A stretch of DNA of 60,796 nt, the filler included, from Catajapyx aquilonaris (lineage: Eukaryota): NCBI GenBank assembly GCA_000934665.2. It is 4 parts of 4 records of this genome, joined end to end, with 100 filler letters (N's around TTAATTAATTAA, not from the genome) between each part and the next. Parts side by side here need not be neighbours in the genome. Positions count along the whole stretch, not along the records: positions 1 to 15,115 come from JYFJ02007600.1; positions 15,216 to 30,331 come from JYFJ02007601.1; 2 more parts are not named here. One strand, 5' to 3'. Position 1 is the stretch's first letter. Each line of letters opens with the position of its first letter. Made by a program: the position numbers and the translations under genes. The notes under the pieces are model-generated. The model was not told the DNA's origin. It did not search any database and saw only the letters and a program-made list of their open reading frames with translations. Positions 13,730 through 25,599 of the stretch are shown one piece after another.

Positions 13730-15115
13730 AGGGCGGCTCGAAAAACACTTTTTTTCGAAAGTTGTAGTTCGCTAGTGAAAAAAAGTTGTGTTGGGCGATC
13801 CTTTTAACAGGTAAAAAATCTGAGTCATGTGGGTTAATATCCTACGGCTCCGCCAGGGGCGTAAGTGACGCAACTTCCGGTTTTTCGTTTTTTGGTGTGC
13901 GAGTACACTTACCCGGCCTAAACATGAAAAGTTGTCCGCCTTTGGGGGTGAAATGTCGTTATTTTTGCGATATCTTGCACCGTTGACGAGATATTGACCA
14001 AAACCCCAGGTTAAAAAATTACACCGTTTTGCAAAAAAAAACACTCTCTTTCGATCTTGTGAAAACTTTTATGTGCTTTTTATGGATTTTGGGGTGCTGA
14101 ATCCGGATCCGGCAACAAATTTGCTCTATCACGTACAGTTTTTGAGATATATAGTTTTAAAACTTTGGACGGTTTACTAGGAGTCTTTCCGAATCAAATG
14201 GGCCTAAATGTCGCTAGACCGCCTTGGATCTTGGTGAAAATAATCACAGATGTACTCATCTATTCCCTAACGCTTCCTATAAAAATTCAGCCATATTGCT
14301 CAATACTGTGATGAGGGGGAAAATCGCAAACATCTGGAAATAGCTGAGAATGAGGCCTTTTTTGGAGATTTTTTTTTTCGGTTAGGGCAAGTGGTCAAAC
14401 CCCAATGAACATATATATCAAAAGAAAGGGAAACACCAGGACAATGCGCCTATGGAATTAGTATTCCTCTAAAATGTAATATAAAAATAATTTTTTATAG
14501 CATTTCATTTGTCACTTGCACAGTCACATGCCCAAAATATATGGTGACCTCAAATGTTCTGCAGAAAAATCATATTTTGGATAAAGGTAGATGGACTATA
14601 TAGATTAAGGTGTGCTGAATCCAGATCTGAAGTCAGAATGGCTCTATCACGTACATATTTTGAGAAAACGCAAATTTTGGGAGATACGACACTTAAATCA
14701 AGAATTGTTGTTTTTCACAGTTGTCGCAGTGTATATCCAGGACTGCGTAAGGGTTTTCCCCATAGGACTGCCCCAACCAGTGATATACGTTTTTGTATAA
14801 GTGTAAAAGGTACGAGAGGGAGTCGGCCAAGGACAGTCGATTATAATTGTTGAGGTCACAATATATTCTTGGGCATGTGTCTGAGCAAGTGACAAATGAA
14901 ATGCTATAAAAATTTATTTTTACATTTTAGAGGAATACTAATTCCATAGGCGCATTGCCCTGGTGTTTCCCTTTCTTTTGATATGGTTTGACCACTTGCA
15001 CTAACCGAAAAAAAAATCTTCAAAAAAGGCCTCATTCTCAGCCATTTCCAGATGTTTGCGATTTTCCCCCTCATCACAGTATTGAGCAATATGGCTGAAT
15101 TTTTATAGGAAGCGT
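13730..15115. mobile_element. Non-autonomous fold-back DNA transposon, cut by the contig end
   Basis: 14270-14553 is the near-exact reverse complement of 14850-15115, with a spacer of about 300 bp. The motif GTGCTGAATCC..GCTCTATCACGTACA recurs at about 14093 and 14611. The left boundary is approximate. Confidence 0.7.
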
Positions 15116-15215
15116 NNNNNNNNNNNNNNNNNNNNNNNNNNNNNNNNNNNNNNNNNNNNTTAATTAATTAANNNNNNNNNNNNNNNNNNNNNNNNNNNNN
15201 NNNNNNNNNNNNNNN
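15116..15215. other. Artificial contig linker
   Basis: 44 N + TTAATTAATTAA (stops in all six frames) + 44 N = 100 bp. Confidence 0.98.
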
Positions 15216-15402
15216 GGCGTTCTCCCACCCATTGCGCATGCTCGGAACGGGGGCCAATCGGAGGCGTCGTGGTAACAATGCGTCATGGATACGACGCAGC
15301 AACAATGGACGGAGGGCCAATGGGAAGAGGTGGCGGCAACAATACGGGGGCGGACCAATCAGAGGGCTTATACATGCAACGCAAGCATTTTAATATTATA
15401 GA
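15216..15402 (-). mobile_element. Probable 5' end of a non-autonomous Helitron
   Basis: The minus strand reads A^TCTATAATATTAAAATG, a TC start after A typical of Helitrons. The rest is lost at the contig edge. Confidence 0.5.
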
Positions 15403-15403
15403 T

Positions 15404-15638
15404 ACCTAGAGGAGGTACTCCCTATCCTTTTCCATTAGACAGGCTGAGGCAGCCGCCATCTTGTTGGAGGTCATATTGTTGTTCTAACAGTTGTCTAGCA
15501 ACTGGGACAACAACCAATAATGACAACTGGGCGACAATTAGTTCAATAATGTCAGGCGTCCGCCATCTTGTTGGAGGTCATATTGTTGCCTGCATTGTTG
15601 CCTGCCTCACATTTCAGCCCGACTGCCTCCTCTAGGTG
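15404..15638. mobile_element. Short MITE
   Basis: TIR ACCTAGAGGAGG ... CCTCCTCTAGGT, with the internal direct repeat CCGCCATCTTGTTGGAGGTCATATTGTTG present twice. Confidence 0.7.
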
Positions 15639-15649
15639 TATATATAATA

Positions 15650-16180
15650 TAGCAGAACTCTTTGGTTGACCTAAGGAGGATACCGTGGAAACTGAATGAA
15701 ATATAATAACAAGTTGAATGAATGAACTGTTTATTTAATAATAATGTAATGAAATGTCGTGATGTTGTTGTTGTTGTTGTTGTATGTAATGAAATTAAGG
15801 TAAAGCATATATTTATTTAAGCAGGTTAGCGTACGTAATTCCGCATAAAGTGTAGAGATGATATTTACACAAAATAATATTCTAAATAACGTGTGACTCT
15901 TGTCACACATGGATTTCAGTTGCACGCATTGCTGCTCATAATGAATTATTCACTTATAATTTTATTTCGGGGTTCTGTTACGTCCTTGGGTTTTTTGTGT
16001 AGGGGATCGGGCACTGCAGCACGTCGGGCCGGATACGTGTTCAAAATATGAAGGCTGTACTTGCAACGGTTTTTGAGATATGCTTGACAGAAAAACTCAC
16101 CCCAACAACAACAACAACAAGGAAAATTTTCATTGTTGTTTTTACACGAGGATCTTACTTATAGGGACTATCGTCCCTAC
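15650..16180 (+). mobile_element. DINE-1/Helentron-associated (HINE)-like element
   Basis: 3' stem-loop TAGGGAC-TATC-GTCCCTA (16162-16179), internal (GTT)n and (CAA)n microsatellites, and a weak subterminal inverted repeat TAAGGAGGATACC / GGATCTTACTTA. Confidence 0.5.
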
Positions 16181-16789
16181 AATGAATTGTTATTATCCTC
16201 AAGGGTAAAATTAAGTATCAGTCAAAAGGCATTGGAACGTGCCAATTAACGAACTTCGGAAGGTTCCAAAGCGACGTAAATGGTGATTATATTATTTTGT
16301 AATATTGCAAGTGAATTATATAAGTCTTTCAACTTTATCCAGTATCATAGATTTATTGCACATTTTACATATTAAAATGAGCAAAATGTGGCCAAAGTTG
16401 AACCGATATGCGACTATGCATCTCCCCACACTCGTACTGTACATCATTGCAGGGTATTAATCATTGCTCTCTCTGTAATTCTATATCGAGTGAAACCTAC
16501 CTAGAGAGAAATTGATATTGATAAGAATTTCTCTCGACTCCAACTGACCTTCGACATTGGCCTGATTTACGGCTCTCTTAAGAGGAAAACCAAAAGATAG
16601 AGCCTTATAATCAAATTTAATTTTATTATAAGGAAAGGTATAGATACAATATTGTACGGATTTCGCATTAAATTTTGTCCCAAGAGTATATCCGGATGGT
16701 TATGACCCAACATCTTTTCCCTCCTCCCTAAACCACCTGTAAACCCCCAAATGTTCGTCCCATTACCCTTGGTCGTCAAGTACTATACA

Positions 16790-17609
16790 AAGGCGATGTT
16801 ATGCTTATTCTACAGTATACCCCGAGTCTTCTCTGGTGAGGGGATCGATGGTGAGTCCGTGAGTGGCCTCACATGATAATCCTCTGCTCTCTCGACCAGT
16901 GTCCTGTAGGGACATGATGGGAACCTGAAAGAGGCAGAGGCTTGCCTTTACTAAATATCTTGTCAAATAGACCTATTCAAATAATCTAACGCATACATGC
17001 TCTTTGCTAACATCACCTTACTAAGGGCCAGTTCCCATTTGGACCAGGAGCTTGGCCACCATCAGATGACCTGCCATGTGCAATGGAGTGACCTCCTTGT
17101 CGGTTCCGATGTCCACCTGTGCACCAGTGTCCAGTAGGAGACGGCATATGCCAAAGCCGCCACTCTCCGCAGAGCAGATCTACCCAACTACACTCTGGAA
17201 TATGAAAGGCAACTTGATTGGGAGAGTATCATCTCACAAAAACATGGAGACATTTGGAGTTACGCAATGGAACACCTCAAAATTATCATTGATGCTGATA
17301 CGAAGGGGGAAACAAGCTCACAAATATGGAGAAATTCAGCGTAATGTAAATTATTGCTACGTAACTTACGAGTATATAAAAATTAGGAATCAATTCCCCA
17401 CGAAGCCTACGTAGAATCATATAACATACAGGATAGGGAAATATCCATTGAGTGTCTAATCACTGAGGTCTGTCCCCCCCCTGGTGCTGAACACTATGGA
17501 TCTATCTACAAGCACAAGACTGAATGATAAAAGTAACATCTCACCTGCTCTGTGCAGCTGTGCAGAGTTGGGGCGAAATGCTCTTGAACTGGCTCGCTCC
17601 AAAATAAAT
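16790..17609 (-). pseudogene. Decayed ankyrin-repeat gene fragment
   Basis: 17179-17020 reads ICSAESGGFGICRLLLDTGAQVDIGTDKEVTPLHMAGHLMVAKLLVQMGTGP, then stops. An AG/GT-bounded exon at 17609-17545 ends PQLCTAAQS. The phases do not join into an open frame. Confidence 0.65.
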
Positions 17610-20566
17610 CTGGAAGGAATTGGGTTCATTTACACCGGATAGTTGCGTGTTGATCACGTGAAGTTCAAGCCAGATACTTCTGCTCGAGTGCAAGGTACGA
17701 CCCCATTTCATAGCACTCAGTCACTCACACACTTGATTACAGTTTTTTTCATTTTTAGCTTAAATATTTGCGTCCCACACATCTGACGTATGCTGACCTC
17801 AATCAATGCAAACAGTCAGATAAGACACACCGAAGTGTTAATCGGTCTCCATGACTACGGCCCATCGCAAGCCAAGGTGAGATTGCGCAATTGACTCGCA
17901 GTCTTGTGAAAAGAAACATTAAAGAATAAAAATAACCTCCTGCATACTGCTTCCCTAATAATACTAATTTTCACACAACAACACTAGAAAAAAACAATTT
18001 TCAGGTGTTTACAGGTAAAAATGGGTAATATATATTTCATGATACCGCCGCGCCGTTTAAAAATATATATATATCACCCCACTGGACAATACTAATTCAT
18101 ATTTACAATATGATAAGGTGATGGAATCGAAGTGTGAATCAGCGACCTCTCTGCGACACTGAAGTTACCGACACCGTTTCTTAGTTGCTATTTTTCCGGG
18201 AATTATTATTGACTGCATAATGGGCGATAACAAACGGCTTCTGGAGTCTGTAATGGTATGGCGCTGTACGAACTAACTATTATGTACAACTACAGCCTAA
18301 ATAATGTTTGTGTAATAATTAACTTCGCAAGGCTCTTTAGAGTTGAATAAAAGCGACTGTCAGTTGTCGAATGTGATACAATGGAAATGTCCTCTTCAGA
18401 GGCCTTTCGACACGAAGCTGCGTGATGTCATGTATTTACTGTTGCATAATGTATTAAATGGTTATCTAAAGTGTTAGCTGCTAATATCTGGAGTGCAAGA
18501 TATCAGCAATAATTGCAAACAACGATAAAATGGATAATACAGTATCATAAATAAATACTGTCATAAAAATAAACGCATAAAATCGAAAAATTGTTATTAT
18601 TATATTAATGTAGGCTATAACAACACGAAAGTAAGAAAATTACTGTAATTTCTTATGTTAGTAACAATATGGTGACAAATAGCAATAGCATGTCGAGTAT
18701 TATAGTCATAAAACTAGTAATAAAATAATATGTAACTATGGTCATACGGCTTATAAAACGTTTTTTTGAGCCAAAATATGACAGAATCAGCACAAGTTAT
18801 ACTACGTCCTGTTTACACTCTCTGTCCATCCTTCTCGTCCGACTGTCCAATCGGGACATGTCCTTCTGCTTTGGGACACGCCTGGAATTATAGGCACGGA
18901 CGCGTCCTCCCCAATCCTCGGGCCTATCGTCTACCAGGATTGGACTGCTCGATTTTTCTGTCCTCGTGTCCCCTCCCAGTCGCTTCTTTGCCCTCCTCAG
19001 GTACCTACCTCCTGATCAATACTGCTTGGTGGGATGGGACCAAACTGCCCATCATGCTTCCTACAGCTGCATTCCTGGTCTGATCACCTCGATGACAATT
19101 ATATTTTACTATTCACGTTACCTCGGTGTACTGGCGACATGAGAAAATTGGAACAAAAATTCCGTCACAATTATCGGCCAATGTGGGTGAACTCAGGGGA
19201 ATACTATACCCCGTGCTATTGTCCATTTTATTTTCGTCGTCAAATTCACGGCTTGCAATCAGGCATCTGATGGTTAATATTGGAATGCAGGATCCAGTAG
19301 TGGGCAATTCCATTTCAGATCAGGGCAGATCCAGAAAAGTTGTCAGGGCTTGGTCTCCGATTATTACGGATAAATTACACGAAGTACCGCTGTCGAAATG
19401 AGGAAGAATGACACTGGCTATTTTTCAGTGTCGTTTTTTATTTGCCCTGAAAAAATGAAACTGAGATCAGGCAACACAAATAAGATATCAAGCCTATAAT
19501 AATTTTACCTCTCTGTACCACCTTTCAGGTAATCTTGTGTAGTTATCTTAAATACTCATTCGAACGAGGGGGATCGGCACACGGACAGCCTTTCCCGTTC
19601 GTTTCGACTCGCCGGTAGAGTCACATAATATATTGGCACTTGACCAAAAGAAGTTGAGTTTAGGCTGGTGCGTCAAAGACCGTACTTCTCACCTGTGAAC
19701 GCACGGTGCCTATTTGAGAGTATCATGTGCTCGTACATCGGCAATCCAAACTCGACGAGTTATTATGGCCTATATTGTCAGTCGTGGAAGGCTGGGAGCG
19801 AGGCTACACGATTCTAGTGTGGGTCGGGGAGATGGGTGAAGGTGTCATGGCAACGGAGTTGCAACTACTGCCTTCGATTGTTGCATTCGGTATGCTCACT
19901 TCGCCAGCTCGCATCAGAGTAATCTTAGTCTAGAGTATTTTTATTACGGTACACGCTTAAAGCAACGGATGAGAGGGGGGGGGGATGACGAAGGATGGGG
20001 GGGGGNGGGGGGGGGAAGGGGGGAATTTGCTGATGATTGTTGGATGGGCATCATCACTGGCTAAGTTCGAAGCGATTAGCAATATGGCCTTCACCGCAGA
20101 TCGTGGGCCTAGAAAACACCAGCGAAGCGAAGGTGTCTCTAGTTTCTAACATTTAAAAATACCGCTGAAGGTAATGTTTGAAATAATTCTTGATGCTGCA
20201 GGTAGAGGGATCAACCTTCACTTTAGTCGTGCCATGCTACAGAAGGAATGCACTATGAGGGTTCATCAATAATAACCGAGTGCCTGGAACTTCAGGGGCA
20301 ATTATAATATAGCTACCTGCATTGATCAACATAAAGGGAACACTAAATTAGTCGGCTACATTTCCCAAACGTGGACTGAGGCATTCGCCGTTCCCACATT
20401 CTCACATCTGATAACAAACCAGAGCTAGCGCTTGGTGTGGCAACAACTCAGGCGTACGATGTGGAAATGGGTGCAATTGAGGATAGATCATAGTGGGGTG
20501 TATGTGGGAGGGAGAGTGTGGTTGGGCCACGTCAGTGCTTGGGCCAAGTCAGTGCTTGGGTGAAAC

Positions 20567-22744
20567 ATGTCCGGGTTGCAGGTGCTGGTCCTTTGCTCCG
20601 TGGCCATGGCCATGTTTGGTGGCCACACATCATCATCATCATCACCATCAGGTGTTGGGAAGAACGTGTCTGGTCTGATGGGAGAGCAGGAGAAGAGGAA
20701 GGGTGGGGAGGAAGGAGAGTGGTGGGCAGTGTCCAGACTGGTGAGGGGCGTCCTGGACACGAGGGAGGACATGCGGGGATGCGGCCTGGTCCTGTCCACT
20801 GACCTCGTCGGGTCATCGGGCGTCTGGGAGGGACTGTGGAGGCCTCTTCTCAAAGGTCACTCGGACAAGTACCTCCCGTCCTTCTCCCTCCGGACGACCT
20901 CCTTCCCACACTCCTTCACAGACTACCCCTGGCTCAAGGGTCAAGCTGACCTCTTGGACTTCACCACCGTCCCTCCTGACCTCCTAGTCACCTCCGCCTG
21001 GTCATCCTCCGTCTGCACCCTCCACCTCCTCCTCCCCTCCTCCCCGGCCTCCCTCCCACAACTGGTCATGTCCACCGCCTTCAAGGTCAAGGTCAGTCCA
21101 CTCGACGACCCTTTCCTCATCCACTTGTCTCGGAGGTCACCAGGGTCACTTCTCGTGGAGGAGGGAGAGGTCCATCGAGTGATGACCTCGCCCCCTGCCA
21201 GTGCCCTCAGGCTGAAGGTGGCCAGTCGGATGGAGGAAGGCGGACAGTTGAAGGTGGAGACTGTCTGCTTCTTCTGCGCAGAAGGGGGACAACCTAAGGT
21301 CATCGATCTTGGAGATGTGAACCATGCTGACAGATCAAAAGTTGATAGCTTCTTCAGAAACTACGACACAAACAAGATGAACAAGAAACCAATTGTGCGT
21401 GGGATGTACTTGTTTGGAGCAGACATGGAGGACGTTCGAAAGAGAAAAAAAGAACTGGGTGAAGTTTACCTCAAGTATTACGAAAGGGCTTACATCCTTG
21501 GCGAGGAAGGGAGTAACTATTTCACTTCTGAGATTTACGTGAAGGACCCGACTAGTACAGATTTGGACCACAGACTGAACAACGGCACTTGGGTGGGACT
21601 GACACCTGATCTGTTGTCCGGACGAATCGATGATATTGGGACCTTGCCTTTCACGGAAGACTCATATCGACACACTCTCCTCACGGATCCCTTCATTTAC
21701 GCACACGCGACATTCCTGACCCGAAGACCTGAAGGAGTGGTCAGCTGGAGGGTGATCTACAGGCCCTACGTCCTCCCCTTCTGGGTGTCCTTGGGGGTCA
21801 CCCTGGCCCTCCTCCCCATCGCGATGGGCAGCCTCTCCCGCTGCGACCCATCTCGAGGGAGGTCAGAGGTCGAAGGGCAGCGACTGACCCTGCTGGGATC
21901 CCTCCACGTCCTGGCCAGACACCTGGTAGAACAGCCCGTTCCCTTCCCCACATCCCGCCGCTTTCTCTTCCTGGCCTCCTCCTTCCTCTTCTTCTCCACC
22001 GTGGTCATCACTGGCTACAAGGCCAAGATGGTCTCCTTCCTTACCTTTCCCCCGAGGGAGTTTGTCCCGAGGAACTGGAGGGAACTGGCGGAATCTGACT
22101 GGACAGCAGAAGCGGAAATGCTCAATTATCTGGTTTGGAAGAAATACCTGTCCTACATCGACGATCCTTTCTTTGACACCCTGGATGCAAAAGCGATAGT
22201 GGGTGAGAGTGTCCAACATTGCCTGGAGAAGATGCAAAGAGAGCAAATAGTCTGCGCTGGTGTGAACCTGCTCTTGGATCTGGAGATTTATCTCTTTCGC
22301 GACACTTCCGGGCAACCAACATTCCGTTATTCCGAAGACTGTTTGCTTCCGAGTTATGCTGGATCAATTTTCCCCCGTGGACAAACCATGGCGTATCACA
22401 TCGGATCCAAAGTCGATAGATTTTTGAATGAAAATGATATGATATCAGTGATCTTGCGTGACTACATGTACCTGATGTTCCTCCGTTCCTTGGACCGAAT
22501 CCGGGCCAGGGAGAGGGACAACCCCCAAAAGGCAGAGGAAGTGTTGACCAGGACAAAGCTCTCCGCCATCTTCAACATGTGGTTGGTGGGACTGGCTGTT
22601 GCTCTGGGTGCATTTGCAATGGAAATGTTCAGTCGCAAGTGTGGTGCTAAAGAGATAATAAGCCTGGGAGAGAAGAGCCCAGTCATCCTTCGCCCTTCAC
22701 GAGAATTCAGAAAAAGAATCCCAACCGGACAACATCCCTCGTAA
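20567..22744 (+). CDS. Intronless divergent ionotropic receptor (IR, variant iGluR chemoreceptor), 725 aa
   Basis: Signal peptide; S1 lobe NGTWVGLTPDLLSGRID..TDPF..ATFLTRRP; M1 IYRPYVLPFWVSLGVTL; M3 SFLFFSTVVITGYKAKMVSFLTFP; S2; M4 LSAIFNMWLVGLAVALGAFAMEM. AATAAA at 22865-22870. Confidence 0.93.
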   Translation: MSGLQVLVLCSVAMAMFGGHTSSSSSPSGVGKNVSGLMGEQEKRKGGEEGEWWAVSRLVRGVLDTREDMRGCGLVLSTDLVGSSGVWEGLWRPLLKGHSDKYLPSFSLRTTSFPHSFTDYPWLKGQADLLDFTTVPPDLLVTSAWSSSVCTLHLLLPSSPASLPQLVMSTAFKVKVSPLDDPFLIHLSRRSPGSLLVEEGEVHRVMTSPPASALRLKVASRMEEGGQLKVETVCFFCAEGGQPKVIDLGDVNHADRSKVDSFFRNYDTNKMNKKPIVRGMYLFGADMEDVRKRKKELGEVYLKYYERAYILGEEGSNYFTSEIYVKDPTSTDLDHRLNNGTWVGLTPDLLSGRIDDIGTLPFTEDSYRHTLLTDPFIYAHATFLTRRPEGVVSWRVIYRPYVLPFWVSLGVTLALLPIAMGSLSRCDPSRGRSEVEGQRLTLLGSLHVLARHLVEQPVPFPTSRRFLFLASSFLFFSTVVITGYKAKMVSFLTFPPREFVPRNWRELAESDWTAEAEMLNYLVWKKYLSYIDDPFFDTLDAKAIVGESVQHCLEKMQREQIVCAGVNLLLDLEIYLFRDTSGQPTFRYSEDCLLPSYAGSIFPRGQTMAYHIGSKVDRFLNENDMISVILRDYMYLMFLRSLDRIRARERDNPQKAEEVLTRTKLSAIFNMWLVGLAVALGAFAMEMFSRKCGAKEIISLGEKSPVILRPSREFRKRIPTGQHPS

Positions 22745-23244
22745 CTCTCATGCCCCGTCATGAAGCCCTAATCGACCCTCTGGTGACAGTCAGTAGCGGA
22801 GATGTGCTTACCAGACAGAGAACAGCATCACTCGCATCACATCATCTTACTACGCGTGCAAGTAAATAAAAAAATCATTGTAAGTAGAGCGCATCAGCTA
22901 TCGTTGAGCCTACAATATCGTACTAAACTACGAATTTTTCAAGGGTTGGAATTGAAGGAAAGTGTTTTATGTATCCACGGTCAGTATTTAATTTGAGTGA
23001 AGTATGACCCCTCGACAATGCTATGATTTTTTATGTCCTGATAAATCCTAATTTCCTGACCTCGTAGAAATGACACGGGTAGATGAGTGACGGTATTTGG
23101 ACCAAAAAAGTCTCCTTCAGGATCATACCGGGACCTCACATTGTGTGCTTTGGTTGTTAATATTGTGTCCGTGTCTGCTGATATTTTGAATTCCTGCATT
23201 TTCACTTGTGTCCTCATATTTCTGCCTCTCTTACCAACACTTAA

Positions 23245-24196
23245 GGTAGTTCTTGCGCTTGGAAACGGGGGGAAGAGGGAGGGGTGTTGAGCCTATGTTT
23301 ATACATGGTGCGGGCTGGCCAATACCAACTTCTGCGATTGTAAGACATTTCTGCTAGTATTTCTCAGAAACAGAGTTTTGAGTACGTGTTTCGCGTCGGA
23401 TACGTTACGTAAACATTTATTTGGGAGATAATAATTCCCTCGTGCACTTTTGTCCCGGAGAAGAGCACAAATATGGCTGTTCCAAATACCGGAAAAAGTG
23501 CGGGAAATCCGGCAACGTTGCACACGTTGGTACCCCTTATCAACAAAGTATCGATGTTTCGATGTATCGATATTTCTCCCCACCGATATATCGAGTACTC
23601 GATAGTTAGCCCATCTATCGATATTACAGTATATCGATATTTTAATAAAATTATTGTTATTGTTATTGTTATTAAAATATATTATTAAAACTATTATTAT
23701 TGCCCCTTTTAACTCTTGCACATCCCTATATCGTAAAACGAGCCCTATATATTAATTTTATACTCTTAAAACGAGCTCAGCGCGATGCCTGGGACTTTTA
23801 AAACGCGCGCCCCCTACTATATTGTTGTAGCTGCGTTGCCAAGTCATCGCTGGGAGCCGCGACTACCCCGCAGTTTTGAAGGGATTGTGGAAGAACGGGC
23901 CTGGTGACGCATTGGTTTCTTGTGACAAAATAATTTGGTACGAATGTGGCTACACAGTGATTAGTTTTTTGTGATCGTGGCACCATTTTCACGAGATCTA
24001 CGGGGGGAAATATCGGTTCCTGGATGCCCCTCTCCATAAGCCGCCATGTATAAAACCTCAAGTTCAGAGATGAATATCTCCGAAAGTATTTAGTAGAAGT
24101 CCTTTATATTTTACAGGCTCATTAGTCACATAACAGGGAACAACTGGTGTAGTTTTAAATTCTCTGCCACCATTTCGTCTTAGCGCAAGAACTACC
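23245..24196. mobile_element. Kolobok-like non-autonomous DNA transposon, copy 1
   Basis: TTAA-GGTAGTTCTTGCGCT ... AGCGCAAGAACTACC-TTAA: perfect 15-bp TIR, TTAA target and purine (GG) 5' terminus. Confidence 0.88.
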
Positions 24197-25191
24197 TTAA
24201 TAGAACTCTCCAAGCTCTCAATCGAGGAACAGTATTTTCTCGCCTGGTTCGTCCCTTTGCAACAAAGGCTGTCACTGTCATTGTTGCACTTCCGCGAGAT
24301 GCGAAAGACCAGAGCATAAGAGCATTCGCGTTACGCAAATTATTGCGACAAGATGTGACTAGAATGAAGTGGAATGTGACACACTGCTTTGTGTGACTGC
24401 GCAAGTGCAAGGAATTTTGATGCTTGGGATTATCAAGTTGACAATTTCCTCAGCAATCATTCCCGTATATGCCTCGTTTAAAACAATGCTCAAGCACCAA
24501 GTGATACTCCCTTGACACTTGATGTTTGCACATAATTATAGGCTAGTACTTGTAATTAGGGCCGGCTGCACAAAAGTGGAGCCCAGTTGCATTGTTGCAA
24601 AGTGTCAGGATCAAGAAGAGGATGAACGTTTGATAATGCTATGCCAATATTATTGTCTTGCAATCGTTCATTATTGCACTCCGGGCGCAGATTCAATAAC
24701 TGAATTTTTCACCTCTACGTTGTCGATATACTGCTGACGTCTGAGGTGCAATGCACCTTATACCATACAACAATACACGAAACTGCACTTTTCAATCCTC
24801 GAATCCTCTCTCTCTCTGTCTGGGTGAGCAACCGACAATTTTCATTGTTGCACCCACAGAAAGTATACAGCGCATTTGTCACGTTTGTTTTATGTTCTAC
24901 GTGTAGATAGTAATCCATCACAAATCATTTATGGCTCAAGTCATTCCGATGCAAGTGTTGTGACACCCTCTGACCTAAATGCCCATCCACCGAGTCTCAT
25001 GTTTGGCATGCTGAACATGGTCATTGGAGATGTATAATAGTGAATATTGTCACCAATAAATCATTGATGAAAATATTGTTTTATTCATAAACCCCTGCAC
25101 TTCTGATGTTCAGAGGGTGATGCTGAAAGCCAGGGCACGTTACTCACTTTCAGATTGTATTATGGGCGCCAAAAGTATTGTCCGAAGTTGA

Positions 25192-25523
25192 TGGGTATGT
25201 AGCGCCGCCCATCGGCAGCGGGAGAAACTGACAAGCTGGGGCACGATCCCTCACACTGCAAAACAATCCGATCGGATGTAGCTGTTCATTTTTGACTCGA
25301 CAATATTAACAAGAATGAAAGCCATGATCCGACCGTGGTCCGATCGCGATGTTCAAGTCCCGCGTGAATGACGTTATTGTGGTGGGTCGTCTCTCGGACA
25401 TCGTTGTAGAAAGAAACAATTGTCTTCGCCGCTCGCCGGCGACCATGTTGGGTCCCCCAATGTAGCGCTTCCTTTTTGTACCTATAAAGTTCAGCCTTGT
25501 CCGGTGGGGTCGCCACATACCTG
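25192..25523. mobile_element. Old MITE with degenerate TIRs
   Basis: GGTATGTAGCGCCGCCCATCGG resembles the reverse complement of CCGGTGGGGTCGCCACATACC. Confidence 0.45.
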
Positions 25524-25599
25524 TGCAGTGAAAGGTCTCATGAGGCTCTCAAGTGAGCGCCTCATGCAAAACGCCCCGGGAGGCGCAAAGATAAGAGCG

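Noticed and set aside
15160..15171. Palindrome TTAATTAATTAA repeated about every 15.2 kb
   Set aside because: A synthetic linker inside N runs, not biology.
20488..22761. Several antisense and alternative-frame ORFs over the IR
   Set aside because: Shadow ORFs expected from high-GC3 coding sequence.
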